Below are positions 1-12,916 of a stretch of 64,000 nucleotides of DNA, one piece after another (the stretch's first letter is position 1; the number at the start of each line of letters is the position of its first letter). The stretch comes from Lingula anatina (lineage: Eukaryota; Animalia; Brachiopoda). The position numbers and the translations under genes are program-made. Below the pieces are notes generated by a model. The model was not told the origin of the DNA and ran no database searches. It saw only the letters and a program-made list of their open reading frames with translations. The DNA lies in contig CM120643.1 in the NCBI GenBank assembly GCA_051362555.1, positions 6,634,001 through 6,698,000 on the forward strand. Reading direction: 5' to 3'.

Positions 1-150
1 GACTTTCAGAATATATCTCTGGATCCACCCCTGACAAACACTGTTTAATTTTAAATCTTTGAATGTGTCTTTGACTATGTAAAATAATGTATTGAATCCT
101 TGTTGTGCACAGGCATGGGATGTGTAATTTGTGTTCATTCTTTCCTTCAG

Positions 151-268
151 CTGATGTCAAAAACACAACTATGACAGTGGATGTGAAGGAAAGAGGTAAG
201 ACAGCAGGGTCAATAGAAAAGGGATCTATTTGTTACACTGATGACATGTGACTGTGCATGTACATGCA

Positions 269-301
<33 letters not shown>

Positions 302-1350
302 CAAGGTACTGTACTTGCATGCATGTTGCACAAGCAAAGTCTGGCCTTTGACAGACTTAAGAAGATACTATATCTTCTGAAAAATTAAGGCTTTTGCTGT
401 GTAACGATTGAACACACATAATTTTGTCTTGAAAATTCGATTCAATTCTGCCCTTTCAGTTGATATCAAAGTGAAAGACAAGAACAATGTAACACTTGTG
501 AAGACGCTAAGTATGGATGAGATAGGTAAGAGAGGAATCTCGGTAAAATTTAAATTTAATATACTATTGAAACATCCGTGCACACACACATACACTAACA
601 AACACACATACACACACACTGCATGCATGTTGCTCAAGCAAAGTCTTAAGTATACTTAAAAAAATTATTTATTTTAAAGTCAATTAAACATTTGGATGTG
701 TCTTCAACAAACTGTATTAAACTATTGAATCCTATTTGGACAAGCGCAGACATGGAATATGAAGTTTTTATTTGATATCATTTTTTCTTTAGACAATATC
801 AAAGACACAAAGATTGAGTCAGATGCTGAGGACATCAAAGAAAAAGGTAAGACAATGAGCTTAGGACAATTTAACAGGGATTCATTTAAGACAGTTAAAA
901 ATTGTAAACACACAGATGGACTTTAGGGGGGAGACTCACACACAAACACTGAAATTTAATTAATTAATTAAGGGATCTAAAACTTTGAATGTGTCTTTGA
1001 CTATATTTAATAACATATTGAATCCTTGTTGTGCAGGTTTTATTTGTTTTCCCCCATCTTTCTTCAGTCAATATCAAAGACACAAAATCTGTGATGGCAG
1101 ACGTGAAGGAGAGAGGTAATACAGTAGGGCCAATAGAATAGGGATCTATTTATTATGTGATTGTGTATGTACACACATGTGCGTACACACACACACACAC
1201 ACACTCCTTATGTTGTGCCAACACAGTTTGTGCTTTTGGAAAGTTTAAAATGATACTTGGCAAATTTGTTCATTCCAAATACTGGTAAAAGTGTTACAAT
1301 GCAGCTCCATACATGAAATATGATGTGGCACTGACTACTTATTGAATTGT

Positions 1351-1385
<35 letters not shown>

Positions 1386-3420
1386 TTATTGAGCATTAAA
1401 ATGTGTACAGTTACATTTTACAAGCTCTCTAAACTACAGTTTTACATAAATTGTGCACATAAGCTTAAATAAGTATAACTACTTTAGATCATTCAAATAC
1501 TTAAATACATATTAGCTAACTACTTCATACATATAGCTCACAATAGTAAACATATATTATTGAATCGTAGTAAGTAATATTGTTTTATATATTTCAGCTC
1601 CAAAGAATTGCCACCAATCTAGGTGGAGGAGGGTATTAAATCTGTTCATGTCTTGCTTCAGGCGCAGGCCAAGAACATAAATGGTTAGTATTATCATTAT
1701 CATTATTATTATAATTATTATTATTATTATTATTAAATAAATCAAATAACTTCAGACATTTAGAAATGAGGAAATTGCAGTAGTATTTTTGAAAAGGACA
1801 GATTTATTATGTTTTTTAAATAAGTTTTGATTGTCTCTTTGTCTTAATTGTATCATAATTAAGTAAGCTTTCAGTTTTTTATAAGAAAACTTTGTCAAAC
1901 AGCTGGTAAAACTGTACATGAAAGCAGTAATTATATGATAGCAGCCAAGAGCTGGTGGATGTAAAGTTACTGTCAACATCTTTTTACAGCTAATAGATTT
2001 TAACTGAATTATATTTTAATATTTTCATCTTTAATTTTTCAGGGTCGTCAGTGCAGAACTATTATTGCCTCTGTAGCAGCCACTTAAAAACCTTTAAAAT
2101 GTCATTCTCGTAATTTCAGAATAAAATATACATTTTGTACATTTTGTTTTCCTTTCTTTTCTTAAATGAGGATACTGTTTGGGAGGGGTGATCAAAGTTC
2201 ATGGGAAATAAAATCATCAATTCAAAAATTTACGAGTCACGAGAACGAAGTGCTTCACGGATCACCCTAAATAAATGGTGGCTACAGTAGAGGAACGGGC
2301 AAAAAAACTCAAATGTTATTGACGCCGCCAGTAAAATAACCAGAGATCTCCCCTAACTGGATTATATCTTGGAAGACAGAATGGAGAAAACAACAAAAGG
2401 AATTATGGAGGGGTCCCACCCATTCAGCAAAATCGTTTTTTAAATTCTTACCAAGCAATAGTAGACTTTTAACACACAGGGGCAATAAATGGTTTTTAAG
2501 TAGTTTTTGCCTCTCTGCAGTATCTAATATTAATTCTTCTTTATAGCCTAGTTCATAAATATTATAATGTCCAGTTCTTTATTTAGTTTGACCTCTCAAA
2601 TGAAAACAATTTATGATATTTATATTTTGATATTCTTATTGGCTGAATAAATTTTATTTTATTTCACTTGGTGGAAAAAAAAAACACAAAGATCAACATA
2701 AAGCGCTCTATGCTGGACTTTTATTGGTAGACATGTCCACAGCTGCCATAAGCCCAAAATTTCTTCCCGGAAAGTAGATGATGTAAAGAATATACAAGTA
2801 CATTTCATAAGACAGAACTCGAGCTCATATGTCTCCAAACATGCCAGGTGTCGATTCCTAATAGCAGGCAATCACTCTACCACTGAACCACCGAAGGATA
2901 CACCCAAGTCATAGTTATGCCAAGACTGACCTTGACCCCTCTCCCCCCTCCCCAATAATACCACCCTGTCATTCATACACTTTTCTACAAGTTTGTGTCG
3001 ATGGTTTTTATTTTGAACAAGTTGCCGATACAAATTTCAAAGTGACAATCTGCAGATTTGTTTTAATTTACATATCTAGAGCTCCTGTTACTTACAAATG
3101 ACTGTGACGAGTTTAATTACTTTCCATGTTCAGCAACACATGTAGTATTCTATATTATTAAAGATATTTCAAAATAGAATTAGATGCGTACATTCTATAG
3201 GAAATTGTTTGTATATTTTCTTTAATTATACTTAGGAAATAATCATTACAATGTACAATACAATACAAATCACTTCTCACACACACGTTTCTCAAAAACA
3301 TATACCCAGATATATCTTTGGATATTTGATATCCTTATTGTGAACAAGTATGGTTTCCATGTTATTCTTCAGTTGATGTCAAAGACACAAAAACTGTGAC
3401 AGAGAACATGAAGGAGAGAG
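151..3420 (+). CDS. Micro-exon array (exons 151-195, 460-525, 793-846, 1068-1115, 3373-3420) encoding charged repeats; internal part of a gene starting upstream of the window
   Basis: Each unit has a pyrimidine tract+AG and a GTAAG/GTAAT donor. Lengths are 45, 66, 54, 48 and 48 nt, all phase 1 and stop-free: xDVKNTTMTVDVKER, VDIKVKDKNNVTLVKTLSMDEI, DNIKDTKIESDAEDIKEK, VNIKDTKSVMADVKER, VDVKDTKTVTENMKER. Paralogous to exons at 53149-53802. Confidence 0.75.
1353..2110 (-). mobile_element. Degenerate LINE 3' end(s) in intron
   Basis: Minus-strand AATAAA followed by (TAT)n tail at ~1353-1395; short ORF ending ...FSYKKLKAYLI resembles a LINE ORF2 C-terminus. Confidence 0.45.
2285..2665 (+). mobile_element. 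Rex1/Babar-type LINE 3' remnant
   Basis: Frame-broken translation VIDAASKITRDLP.LDYILEDRMEKTTKGIMEGSHPF...FLSSFCLSAVSNIN, followed by AATAAA and a TTTTA tail. Confidence 0.55.
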
Positions 3421-4202
3421 GTAAGACAGCAGGGTCAACATAATAGGCATCTATTTATTACACTGATGGAATGTGATTGTGCATGTGTGCACACACACTC
3501 CTTACGTTGTGCCAACACATTTTACGCTTTTTGCAAGTTCAAAATGATACTTGGCAAATTTCTTTATTCTTAACAGTGGTTAGTGTGTCAATGCAGCTTC
3601 ATACATAAAGATGATGTTGCACTAATGACTTATTGAAGGTTATGTATAATTGCATCTCATAATGCCCCCCTTTCTGGCCAATTTTAATTAATTAAATATA
3701 TTCAGAAAGTGATGGCAGCATTAATATATATCCAGTTAACTAGAAGAGCTGTGTATCTACTTTCAAATAATAGTTTTACAATTTCATGTGCTTGATACAG
3801 TCATGTAATCCAAATTTTCTTTTTGTTCTTCAGTAATGCACATCCAAACTCTCCAAAACTCTACATTAATTTCAAGGATACAATGCCATCTCATCCCTGT
3901 TAAATACCAATGAACTGCAAACAAATACCTGGGTTTTTGGTATCAAAAATGTAACACAGAGCAACCCAAAAAGAATGTTAAAACTCTAAACAGATTAAGA
4001 TACATTCTTTTCTTGTAGGCAATATTTATAAGACCTTATTTGCATTTAAACTATATAATGTACCATAAAGTCCATTTCTATAATACTCAGGAGTAAGAAT
4101 TACTCAATAATAGTGTTTGTAAAAGCAGAAACTAGTAGGTAAAATACTTAATGGTTCAACATTTTAAAGACTAAAAACTAAAGGACAAAAGTAGACACCT
4201 TA

Positions 4203-5437
4203 TTATCTGTTGTTAAAATACTGAACATATGCTTCTCTTATGGCTTTGGCATCATACTGTCTCATGTCATGTCCTGGTTGGTATCCGTTATGATTTCGAT
4301 CTTCCTCCACCAAGTCCATCCACTCCTGGTCAAAGCCTTCATTGTGAACCAGAACAACATTATGCAGTGTTAAGCATGCCAGGATGAGCACTGGCACAAA
4401 TTCAGTTTCAAAATCTAGCCTGTGTTGAAGTATCTGCCATTTCCCTTTACATCTACCCAAACACCCCTCAATGCACATTCTTCCTCGCGTGTGGCAATCG
4501 TTGAAGTTCTTTTGAGCTTGAGTAAGTACATCAAAGTCTGAATATGCTTTTAACAGCCAAGGTTTGAGGGGATAGGCAGGGTCACCTATAATCAAAATGG
4601 GCACTTCTACTCCATTTATCAGTCGACTTGACGGGGGGAATAAAGTCCCACTTTCTGCCTTTTGAAAGATGCTTGACTGTGCTAGTACTTGTGCATCTTG
4701 GACTCGTCCTGGCCAGCCTGATACCACATGCAAGACTCTTAGTTCATGATCACATATCACCTGTAACGGAAAGTTGAAAAAATATACAAAATGTGACAAA
4801 ACTAAAATAATATAATAATAAATGCTGCTTCTAAAATCTAGTGAAAAAAAAAAGCCACATATAAATTAGAGCTGAACTCAACCTCCCAACATTTGAACAC
4901 ATTCCAAGACTATGAAGTTCTAATAACACAACTTAACACCACCAAAAAGTGTTGTAAAGTAATGAGGATATTTTTCATGTGTATTTGTAAGAGGGGTGGG
5001 AGTGGAATAGGTTAACTGTACTTATTGGACACCTTTTGGCTATTTAAGGACCAAGGATCCTAGAGAGAATCATGCACGCTGTATATTTATTCTCCTTTAC
5101 CTGACTAACAATGGAATAAAAACATTTCTGGTTGTAGTAATCAGTCTTGTTTTGGCTTGGAGCAATAATGGGCACGTGTGTTCCATCAATAGCCCCTGCA
5201 CATTGTGGAACAGCCCATTTGGCCTCAAATCCCTCCACAATATTTTGTAGTCTTCTCCCAGTGGGCATCTGAATGAACTTAGGAGAAAGATGGGTGGCTA
5301 TGGCCTGCACAGTTTCTTGGAAAATGGTGCAGGCTAAAGATATCTCAATTCCAAACAAATGCCCAATGCTTCTGTATTCCATACCAGAGCCACATATCCA
5401 CAGAGTCACTGCAACCCTGAGTTCTACTGAATAACAC
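4203..5437 (-). mobile_element. PIF/Harbinger DDE transposase (HARBI1-like), two exons 5437-5101 and 4760-4203; N-terminus missing
   Basis: GAIDGTH, IGDPAYPLKPWLLK and IEGCLGRCKGKW motifs give the D-D-E triad; phase-0 GT-AG intron 5100-4761 joins YSIVSQ|VICDHEL without stops. Confidence 0.9.
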
Positions 5438-5664
5438 CTACAAAAAGCATAAATTTGAGCTGTTATTGCAAAATATTAATACATAATGGCAATTCCACAG
5501 TCTTGGTTATGAATATAAAAATACTTAGCCTTACAATTTTCAATAACGACAGCAATTATCCATAATATTTTCCCACATTAGTTGTATTACTGTTAAATGT
5601 TACAGACATTTTTATGAATAATCTCCAACTTGGGAATTGCAAAATTTTGTAAACAAAAAATTTG

Positions 5665-6446
5665 AGTAGTTACATCCGTACTATACGGGAGAAAAGAATT
5701 CCATTTTTTTCTTTTGTTATGTTACATCATTTGAACAATGGAAAACCTATACCGGACAATGGGGATGTTTACAAAATAAACAAACAATTTTTTTAATGTA
5801 AACAAACGAGACTCCCTATTTTTGTTTACGTTTCACTATGGTAACGGATGACGTCACAGAACGGGCCTGGGCATGTAGGAGATTTTAAAGAATTACTATG
5901 GAAAAAGGCACAATGTAGTGATAAACAAGTAAATTTGTAAATAAAACATGATTTTATTGAAATACATAATTGCATTGTAAGTTGATCATAGTGAACAGTT
6001 GTATATACACATTAAAACATTAAAACAATGTATATAAATGTCTAATTTACTAAAAGATAATAATTATGCATAATGCAGTGCAAAGTGAGTATAGTGAATC
6101 TATCAGTTACATGCACAGATTAAAACAGCAAAACAATGCAATTATGTATTTCAATAAAATCATGTTTTATTTACAAATTTACTTGTTTATCACTACATTG
6201 TGCCTTTTTCCATAGTAATTCTTTAAAATCTCCTACATGCCCAGGCCCGTTCTGTGACGTCATCCGTTACCATAGTAAAACGTAAACAAAAATAGGGAGT
6301 CTCGTTTGTTTACATTAAAAAAATTGTTTGTTTATTTTGTAAACATCCCCATTGTCCGGTATAGGTTTTCCATTGTTCAAATGATGTAACATAACAAAAG
6401 AAAAAAATGGAATTCTTTTCTCCCGTATAGTACGGATGTAACTACT
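5665..6446. mobile_element. Foldback/MITE with ~314-bp near-perfect inverted arms
   Basis: 5665-5978 is the reverse complement of 6133-6446 (one mismatch seen); ~154-bp spacer; termini AGTAGTTAC...GTAACTACT; no clear TSD. Confidence 0.9.
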
Positions 6447-7115
6447 TACATACATTACCATGAAGCGCGTAAATTTTATTTATTCTATTTTCATTGGTTG
6501 TCTTTCGTTTTGTGGGCCAGCACTTATGTCTTAATGCTACATTAAGATGAATGAAAACGAGACAAATAAGATTTCTTGCCTTCAACTATCAGTGAAAATT
6601 GTCCATTTGATTCATACGTTATCGATATGTACGTGACCAAATGATATGAAGGTGTTGTTTTCTGATTCCATTGACCGTTTTCTGTTGTCACGACTTTGTG
6701 AGTGAGGGTGACTTTGTATATGTGCGCTTTTCGTTTTACGGCCCTCATTCTGATTTTTTACGTTAATATGATACATATACGTTACCAAATGACGTGAAGG
6801 TATTGTTTTCTGATTTCATTGTTTGTTCTCTGTTGTCGTGATTCTGTGGTTGCGTGCGACGTTGTATATTCTTCTTTGTTACGTTAAAATGATACATACG
6901 TTACCGATACATACGTTACCATGAAGCGTGTAAATATTTATTTTATATTCATTGATTTTCTTTCGCTTTGTGGGCCAAAACTTATCTCTTTTATTTGTGT
7001 TGCAATTAAATAGTGTTGGCGCAGAAAAGGAAAGACAACCAATGAAAATATAATAAAAAATATTTACACGCTTTATGGTAACGTATGTATCATTTTAACG
7101 TAACAAAGAAGAATG
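6447..7115. repeat. Degenerate direct and inverted repeats
   Basis: TTACCATGAAGCG(C/T)GTAAA...TTTGTGGGCCA at ~6455 and ~6917; ~7030-7115 is an inverted copy of ~6868-6960. Confidence 0.65.
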
Positions 7116-7470
7116 AGCGACGTAATAACATGCGTGCGCACATATACTACGTCGCTGACTTGATATCTGTAAGATTCTGTGCAGGGAGAAATGGGAGACA
7201 TGGCCTAGTTTTTTACCTCTCAAAAAGTTTGCAATATACTTTGTCTTTCAGTGGTCCCCGATTCTTTAATATTACCAATGTTATCACTTTGAACCGCATA
7301 AAACACTTTTTGGAAGTAAAAGAATCATATTAGAAACTATCACTACACTTTCTTTTTATCATTTTATTTTTATTCATCTTAGTATTGCCACTGACATATC
7401 TACTAGTGCCTTAATTTAGGACTCATTCCCAATGACACTATTGATCTATGTAAATTGATCCAACTCCACA

Positions 7471-7601
7471 GGGACTCTTGCTGAATGCAATTGGATTGGC
7501 TCGCCTCCTTTTGTTTATAACATGCTTGTTTTCCATTTTCTACTCAAAGCTAGGGGGTGGTATGCTAATCTCTTAATCTGATTACATTCAGCAAGAGTCC
7601 C
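7471..7601. mobile_element. Small MITE
   Basis: TIR GGGACTCTTGCTGAATG / CATTCAGCAAGAGTCCC. Confidence 0.6.
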
Positions 7602-8366
7602 CCTAAATTGATCTACCTAGACAGATAAAACACTGAATGCACTCTTATTTTTATTGGGACTGAGTTCTTAGACCTAAATATTCTTGCACAGTCATATAAA
7701 ATAAAACAACAACAATAAATAATAATATTATAATTTATTTATAATTAAAAGTTGGTTGGTACATTGATAATGTTGAAATGATAATTCTCAGAAAAACAAA
7801 GGCCAAATACATTTTCAAGAAGTACATTAAAATTGAAAGTTATGTATAAAGTTTATGAAATTATATAATTACCTAATATAAGTATGATAAATAGTGACAA
7901 AAACTGCATTGTAGACTTTCAATTTAATTTTCAAAGACATAAAAACAGTATTCATACACATTTGCACAGTACTTTTTACTTACATTTTTGCGATAAAAAT
8001 TCCCCATGTAAATTTATATGTCCTTTGTAATATTTCATAAGGAAACAAAAGTCTGAAATTCACAGCAAAGAGACTGTTGCCACTTTATAAATGTTCTCTC
8101 TCTGATCGCTGTATATCATGTCCACAGTGTGTTCAGGTATTTCCATATGAGACTACAGACACATATACAACTATGATCATCACTGCACTGATGAATACAA
8201 TAGTCACATCATATTACCTGGTTGGGGTTATGTGTGTAAATGAAATATCTTCAATATGACAGTGTTGGCGCAGAAAATGTAAAGTGTAAATGCAACTCTC
8301 AAGTGGTGAAAAGCTTTAAAATTTTTATTGATCAAGTATCCTTCATCAGTTTTGTATAGATATAAG

Positions 8367-8540
8367 CAGGCCCGTAGCCAGCAATTTCAAATGAGGGGTT
8401 CGTTTTCTGAAAATGTGGACCTTTTACCATAAAACCTTCATGTACCTAGATCAAATTTTATCCAAAGTGGACCTTTTCCCAGCAAAAAGGGCCGTTCTTT
8501 TGAAACCCCCCCCCCCCCCCCCCCCCCGGCTACGGGCCTG
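8367..8540. mobile_element. 174-bp MITE with ATAAG target-site duplication
   Basis: TIR CAGGCCCGTAGCC / GGCTACGGGCCTG; ATAAG directly on both sides. Confidence 0.85.
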
Positions 8541-8597
8541 ATAAGCATGTTTTACCCCCTACCCAGGTTCTGTATGATATTATTTGTTAATGAGCAC

Positions 8598-8773
8598 TTT
8601 CAGAACAGAGAACTAACAGATCCCTGGATCAAATATGGTGACCCACTCAATGCTAATGCTTGTTGCTTAATCCCTGTGGGGAATCTATTCAGTGTCTAAT
8701 CAGGAATTAAGTGGCAAGTTTTTTAGTGGGTTGCCATATTTGATCCGCAGATCTGTTAGTTTTCTGTCCTGAA
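8598..8773. mobile_element. Imperfect hairpin MITE
   Basis: AACTAACAGATC..GGATCAAATATGG is complementary to CCATATTTGATCC..GATCTGTTAGTT. Confidence 0.65.
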
Positions 8774-9228
8774 TGCGGCCAATGAGGCATGAGAGAGAAA
8801 ATATAACAACTATAAGAAAATATAATAGGAGTCTGAAGTTTTCTTAGTATTTAATTTCTGTTTCTCACCTCTCTTTATCTATGCCTCTCTACAACTTCAA
8901 CCCAGTTTCTCTTAAATAAAATTCTGCACTAATGAGCTAAATTAAATAAATAAACATTCTTTGATTACAAACAGCTCCAGAATATTACCAAGTGGGAATT
9001 TACTAGGTACCAGTACTTATAACAGGCATTAACAATGTGAAGATTCAGTCATCATTCTGACTTGCTTTATTCAGTACTAATTTATTAGCACTGCTTCAGG
9101 CAAGCTAACTCAATATATAACTTTGGATATTAAGATAAGAAAATGCCTGTCATTTGATTCAATTTCATTAAAAAAACTAACAAAAAATTACAAAGTAAGC
9201 ACCAAAGTAATAATAAGTACTCATCTTT

Positions 9229-9325
9229 TATAAAGACTAGTACAATGGGATCACAACAGTAGTGTACATACTAGTATAAAGACTAGTACAATGGGATCAC
9301 AACAGTAGTGTACATACTAGTATAA
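9229..9325. repeat. 46-bp tandem duplication
   Basis: TATAAAGACTAGTACAATGGGATCACAACAGTAGTGTACATACTAG occurs twice. Confidence 0.9.
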
Positions 9326-9813
9326 AAGCTTTAGTATACTTACTGCAAGATGTTGCTTAATTCTTTATTTAAAGAAATAACAAAATGATTTTCTGCATTT
9401 CACTTACACAAAATTGCTGCAGATATCTTTTATACTTAATTATCTTTAGGCAAACCATAAGATGAGCACTACCATAAGACTAGACAGCAAAGCTGGCAAA
9501 ATATACAGACACAAAATATTCACCAAAATACACACACACACAAAAAAAGAAAAAATTCAAAGAAACAGGTTTGATAAGATTCTGATTTTTTTACTCATTC
9601 ACAGTTGGGGGAGGCATGCACAAATTGGGACCCGCTTCACAAAGCAGTAGTTTGTTAGTGACTGATAGTAGGCCTTTTCCTAGTTATGAGTGCAGTTTTA
9701 CGAAGCTATCGCTAGTTCTCTCACTCATTATTGTGTTGTTGTTACCATGGATATTTCATGACTGGTCAGACCAGTAGCTAACTATAGAGTTTCATCGTAC
9801 GCATGTGTATTAA

Positions 9814-10378
9814 ATGAAAAAGAAAGGTTGCAATATGGCGGCTGTCTTTCTTGCTATCCGGGCCACCAGAATACAAAGGAGACAACAACGGTTTTATCAT
9901 AGAAAAAAACCATTAAAATTTATGGGCGCTGGAGAAATATTCAAAAGATTCTGCCTGTCTAGAAGAGAGGTGGATAGGGTTGTGGAGATCCTGCATGACA
10001 ATCTCATAACATCAATGAAGAGATCTCACACCCTCTCCACGCAGGTGCAAGTGCTCATTGCTTTGCAATATTTTGCAACCTGAAGCTACCAGAGAGTGGA
10101 GGGAGATGCTACTCTAGGATGCAGCAAGAGCAGCGTCTCCTGGGCCATCCACAGGGTGACAAATTTAACAGCAACATCACAACATGAGGATCTTGTTGTC
10201 AAGTTTCCTACAGATCCCAAGGAAGTTAAAGTGGCGAAGAAAGGATTTTATGATGTTGAGATGCATCGACAGGACACTCATCCCTATACTGGCTCCTACC
10301 GATGACGAGCAATATTACATCGGGAGAAAAGGCTTCCATTGCCTTAAAATACAAGCAGTGTGTCATCACAAATTGTGG
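9814..10378 (+). pseudogene. Harbinger transposase N-terminal half, disrupted
   Basis: RSHTLSTQVQVLIALQYFAT*...GDATLGCSKSSVSWAIHRVT...CIDRTLIPILAP...YIGRKGFHCLKIQAVC; contains a stop and frameshifts, ends at a GTAAGT donor. Confidence 0.85.
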
Positions 10379-10639
10379 TAAGTAGGCTAGATGTTTGAAA
10401 AAAGAAACCATCTGTAGCGCACTTGCAATGACCTTGACCATATGCAATTTGTAAACAAAAAAAACTTACACAACCCAAGTACCACATCCTCAATTACTGC
10501 AATGACCAAATGCATTGTTTGTTATTTTAAAAAGGAAATAATTTTCTATTGACTTGCCAAGTCAGTGTTATGACAATGCATTAAAGTCTTTCAAATATAT
10601 GGATTTTTAGGTATACTAAGCAGAACATTGTCATAAAAA

Positions 10640-11255
10640 ACAATAGACTGGCTACATGTATATATCAGAAATCTATGGACCGCTCAGCCTACTTACATAG
10701 CACCAGCTTTCATCCTTCACACATCAAAAAATCCATTGTATTTTGCTTTACAATATTACCTTAAGATACAATAGAATCAACTTGGAACCTGAAAAGAAGA
10801 GTGAACAACTTACAGATTTGCAAAAGATTTTTGAAAGACGGCAGTATGACACGCAAATGATAAAAGAAACCACGGGAAAAGCTAATAGAATCCCAAGAAA
10901 AGATCTTCTCCAATACCAAAGAAAGGACACACACAAAAGGGTCCCTTTAGTAGTCACTTTGAATCCCACCCTTTACCACCTTAAAAAGATGGCACGGGAT
11001 TTGCAACATATCTTTGACTCTGACACTACGCTCAAAGACATTTTTCCATCTCCACCTATCATCTCTTTCAGACAGCCTCCTAATCTGAAAAAACTCCTGG
11101 TTAACAATAACAGCCTTGGCGTCATGGGCACATTTCCTTGCAACAATAGAAGGTGCCTTCTCTGCCTGTGCAGCATTAACAGCCCCATCATCACTTTGGA
11201 AGGCAAGACACTCATCCCTAGGGGAAAATACACTTGCGACTCTCAGAACAATTCT
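10640..11255 (+). mobile_element. Penelope-like element RT thumb/linker fragment
   Basis: DRSAYLHSTSFHPSHIKKSIV, RVPLVVTLNP, FPSPPIISFRQPPNLKKLLV, GTFPCNNRRCLLC...YTCDSQN (the region preceding GIY-YIG in PLEs). Confidence 0.85.
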
Positions 11256-11377
11256 TTTCTATTATTAGGCATTTTATGTGTTTCAAACATCTAGAACTAA
11301 TGTGCATGCTACATGTATCACATGTTCCAGTCCAAAATGTGACATTTCAATGTCAATTCATTAATTTCATTTTGCAG

Positions 11378-11490
11378 ATGACTATGACAAAGTTAGAAGG
11401 AAACTGAACATAGCTCAATATGAATCTGACATTGTGACAGAAAATGAGGAGATTATTCCAGCATCTTAGAGAAGTAAGAGAAAGAAGAGG
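11378..11490 (+). pseudogene. Exon fragment of a TE-associated uncharacterised protein
   Basis: TTGCAG acceptor and GTAAGA donor; DYDKVRRKLNIAQYESDI resembles a motif of DUF4806-associated proteins (from recollection). Confidence 0.3.
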
Positions 11491-12129
11491 TAAGAAATGT
11501 GTCAAAATATTAACTAATATCACAGATTTCATATCTACACATGAATTACCTATGATGAAAATGAGAAGGCCAAGAGAAGACAAAAGGAAACTTATGCATA
11601 AAGAAAAGATAAGGGCGTAAAAACATTATATATTGCAGGGTGAGCAAAAATAAAAAACTCCAGGAAAAATTTAATTTAGAAACTTTTGGCCTGGAGTTTT
11701 TTGATAGTTTGAAAGAGATATGCTGATGAGGGGCAGAAAGTTGTTGCAGTTGTAAAATAATCTTAGCATTCAAGTTCTTCTTTGTTTTAGGATCTTAGAC
11801 ATTGACCAGAACAACACTGTGAAGCAACAAAGTGAAAAGACTGGTGAAGTTCTGGAGAAGAGAGTGGCATATGACCAGGTACAGTAAATCTTGTAATATG
11901 TAGTTGGCCAATCTCAGTAACTAGCTATAGGTCCAATTGATGTTCCAGACCTGGGTGCCATAAAGAAAAGAAAAGTCTGTTCAGTGATTTAAAAAGAGGT
12001 GCACCTTATGACCAACATATAAGCCAAAATCATCAGTATTCTGTGAATCATTGCCAGGAAAATAATAATTTATCCAAGGTGTTGCAAGTGACCACCCATG
12101 ATGACACCTGAGAGAGATGCCGCTGCCCT

Positions 12130-12382
12130 GACTGTCCGGCAGTATGTCACAGCAATTTATGATAGGGAGTGATTTGTTGGAAAGATTTCTGATGGGGATG
12201 AGGAGGAGGATGAAGAGGTGGAAGTGTGTTTTATGGAGAAACACAAGCAGTTGCTACAATGGCCCTCTAGAGAAGATAAAATCTGGCTAAAACACGACAC
12301 CATTTAAACCGTGATCAATGCCCCTTATTCTTGTTAGAAATCACAACGCATGTTTAAACTGTCGGCAAAGGGCAGAGAATGA
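12130..12382 (+). mobile_element. DNA transposase C-terminal remnant (Sola2-like)
   Basis: VRQYVTAIYDRE*FVGKI...VEVCFM...LQWPSREDKIWL...RMFKL with stops. Confidence 0.45.
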
Positions 12383-12916
12383 ATACTGAATATGTTTTAA
12401 AAGAAGTGCATTTTTATTGTTCATGTTTAAACATGTTCATGAACAGATATTTACTTGTTACAAGTTTGTCACTCTCAAACTCACTTTCAGAAGTTAATTA
12501 ATTAATTGATTGTAAAGGATTATAAAATTTTCATTAAAAATGTCAATTTACCCTATTGTCCAAGGCGGAATCTTCAAATGGGGACTTTCTACTGTTTGTT
12601 TGTAAATCACACCAAGATGTAGCCTATGTTATGTGAATCTTTAAAGTGATCTTAAAGCTTAATTTCAGTCTTGATTCTGTAAAAATGCAAACTGTGGAAT
12701 ATATTTAAACCTTAGTTATTTATGCATTTACTAGGTGTATTAATGATCTACGAGGGTGGCTGATAAAAAATAAGTTAAAAATCAATGATAGAAAATCTGA
12801 ACTTTTAGTTATAACCCAGCCACATAATCAGAAAATATCAGAAGTAATAACTCAAAATTGGATCTAGTATCATAAAGCCAATGCCTCATGCTGAGAATCT
12901 TGGTGTTTTTTTAGAT

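Noticed and set aside
2840-2897. tRNA-like sequence on the minus strand (GGTGGTTCAGTGGTAGAGTG)
   Set aside because: Only an A-box-like half; no complete cloverleaf or B box; probably a decayed SINE head
3833-3913. Possible terminal exon of the micro-exon gene
   Set aside because: A phase-compatible acceptor exists, but nothing else supports it
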